The notes under the pieces were generated by a model. It was not told the origin of the DNA, made no database searches, and saw only the letters and a program-made list of their open reading frames with translations. DNA of 64,000 nucleotides, from contig NC_083281.1 of NCBI RefSeq assembly GCF_963506605.1, positions 22,940,001-23,004,000 on the forward strand. Direction: 5' to 3'. Both the position numbers and the translations under genes were made by a program. Below, in pieces: positions 61,879-64,000 of the stretch. This stretch comes from Zootoca vivipara (Eukaryota). The first letter of the stretch is position 1. Every line of letters starts with the position of its first letter.

Positions 61879-64000
61879 GAATGCTGAACTAGATGGTCCA
61901 ATAGTTAAGAGTATTCTGACTTTCCAGGTTGACAGCAGTGCAAGGGGCTTATAAGGCCAGTGTTTTAAAAAAGAAGGCTGGAATCATAGTTTGTGAACAT
62001 AGGAAATCTGTAGCCATTGCATAATGCAACGCACTTTAGTTGCAGACTGATTTGTTTTCCCATCACACAGTTGCAGAATTTCGGCTTCCCGGTGGCATGA
62101 ATTGCAGTAGCAAATAATAACAGCGCAGCTCTCGGAAAACACTGGGCAGGTGGGTACAGCAATAACAGCAAGCAGACTGAGTGGAAAATTTTGGTCACCG
62201 AAGGTTAGGGAGTGCAGCCTCAGTGTGGGAGCTGGCTGGTTTCCAATTGAAGCTTGTTAAAACTTATGAGGCATAACTTCAGAAATATACTGAAACACCT
62301 AAGGTTATGTCTCACTTCATCACCCACATGGCCTCCTCATAAATGGAGTGTTTTTCATGCACTGGATGGCATTGCCCAATTTTGCTCAGGCTTCCAAGGA
62401 GGCGTGTTGTGTTGGGAGGCAGTTTTTTTTTAAAGTTGCTACAAACAGTCATATTTGCTTTAATAGTTAATAACATAAGAAGAGCCTGCTGGATCAGGCC
62501 AGTGGTCCTTCTAGTCTAGCATCCTGTTCCCACAGTGGCTAACCTATGGGCTTATGAGCTCACAAGCATGACCTGAATGCAACGAAACTTTCCCTACTAG
62601 TGAATCCCAGCAACTTTTATTCAGGGGCATATTTCCATTGTTGTTGTGTGCTAGCCTCAATAAACAGCCTCTTGTTCTGGGCCGACAAAGTGAGTAACCT
62701 TGCCATATCTATCTATATAATGAATTGTAAGGATGCCATCACGCTGAGGACTGCGTAGTTGCCGATTGGTGAACGAAGCAAGGACAGGCAGCAGCCCCTA
62801 GTAATAAATAAGAACTTAACAGGGAACTCTCCTTCCCTGGAAGAATTTAAGCAGAAATTGGATATCCATCTGTTGGGAGTTCAGGGGGGGGACCTTTCCA
62901 GCCTGGGGTCAGCCTGGAGGTCTGGGAACCCTATGTTGTATCCTTGATGTGAGAATAGGGTGCTATTCTGTTTTTGTTTTGTGAAATGTCGAAGGGCATG
63001 TGCTTGTGTGTACAACAGTATTTCTTAAATGGGAGGCTGACCAACCCCAGAGGTGGAGCATGAGAGACCTTCATGAAAGGTCAGGTGTGAATAATTTCAG
63101 TTGGACCATCAGTGGTTGGGCAGCTGCAGTGTTCCTTACCTGAGCGGCTAGCTTGGGGTTGTGCTGGCCTTCTCGGCTTGGGAGCAGAAGGAGAAGGGGA
63201 AAAAGCTTTCTTTCTTGCAGCCTCCAGTGTGGGCTGGCAGCATATCCATTTGCCCCCTGACTCCAGTACAACTGATTTGATACTTTCATCCCAGCGAAAA
63301 CCTATTCCAGAGCACTCTTTGGAGGATAGCAGTGGGAAGGGTGTCCCCAGAAGCCCCACTGCACTGTGGTTCTCTGAACTCACTTTTTGACTCTCTTCCT
63401 GGTGGGGTACCCAGAAATTAGACTGTGTTCAGAAGGGGCCAGCAAGTCAGGAGAACAGAAATCCTGAAGAGCAGCGGTGCATTGCATGGAAAGTTAATGG
63501 GCTCTTATTTTTCTGCCATATCTTGTCAGGGAGATTCACAATTGTAAGTTTCTCTTACGCTTTCATTCATGTCCGTTTTACCTAATTCCATTCAGGTTTG
63601 CATTAATTCCTTTTTTATTTCATCCCATTTTTTTAAAAAAAACATTTTCATTTGAAATACCTTTTTGTTTAAAGGGACATGCTACGATCATCCAGGAAAC
63701 ACTAGCACTTTAAGCTCGTTTACGACACAGTCTGTTTGGGTCTGAGTTGACTTCTGTCGATGTCACCTTTGTGTTACTTTTGCACTGTCAAAATCTTTTG
63801 CCCTGTGACGACCTGATGTCTACATATACAGATGAATGAATCTAAATCTTACTTTTCTGTTGATTTTCCAGGGGATGAAAGGAGGCTGCTTGGGGAATAT
63901 CTCCGGAGTCTGAAGTCCGCCGAAAGAACCCTTCTGTTTGCTATGCAGTTAAAAAGCCCCCAAAGGTTGTGTTAAGCTGGGATCTCCCAACAAGCCTCCT

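Noticed and set aside
63135-63290. Minus-strand CAG|GTAAGG donor and ORF
   Set aside because: Could be a 5' UTR exon or part of a neighbouring gene, but there is no coding evidence to support a call.

Overview
Vertebrate genomic DNA. The repeat content (Sauria SINE, BovB, tRNA-derived SINEs with CR1-type tails, hAT and Tc1/pogo MITEs) points to a squamate reptile, probably a lacertid lizard; this is inference. The region looks orthologous to the human 19q13.31 ZNF576/IRGQ/PLAUR neighbourhood. Five spliced protein-coding genes can be assembled by hand with consistent GT-AG phases. (1) ZNF576 (+). (2) and (3) Two immunity-related GTPase (IRG) genes set head-to-head around a shared CpG island that contains an ISRE. 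Each encodes a tandem of two GTPase domains, a degenerate N-terminal one and an intact C-terminal one. The + strand gene appears to be the IRGQ orthologue and keeps the LIR motif while, unlike mammalian IRGQ, retaining all GTPase motifs. (4) and (5) Two convergent 7-exon genes for GPI-anchored three-LU-domain (uPAR/PLAUR-like) proteins, in which the 7-8 disulfide is missing from domain II rather than domain I. A divergent pair of CTCF motifs separates the IRG and LU modules. Comparisons with human and mouse proteins are from recalled sequences, not database searches, and many repeat boundaries are approximate.
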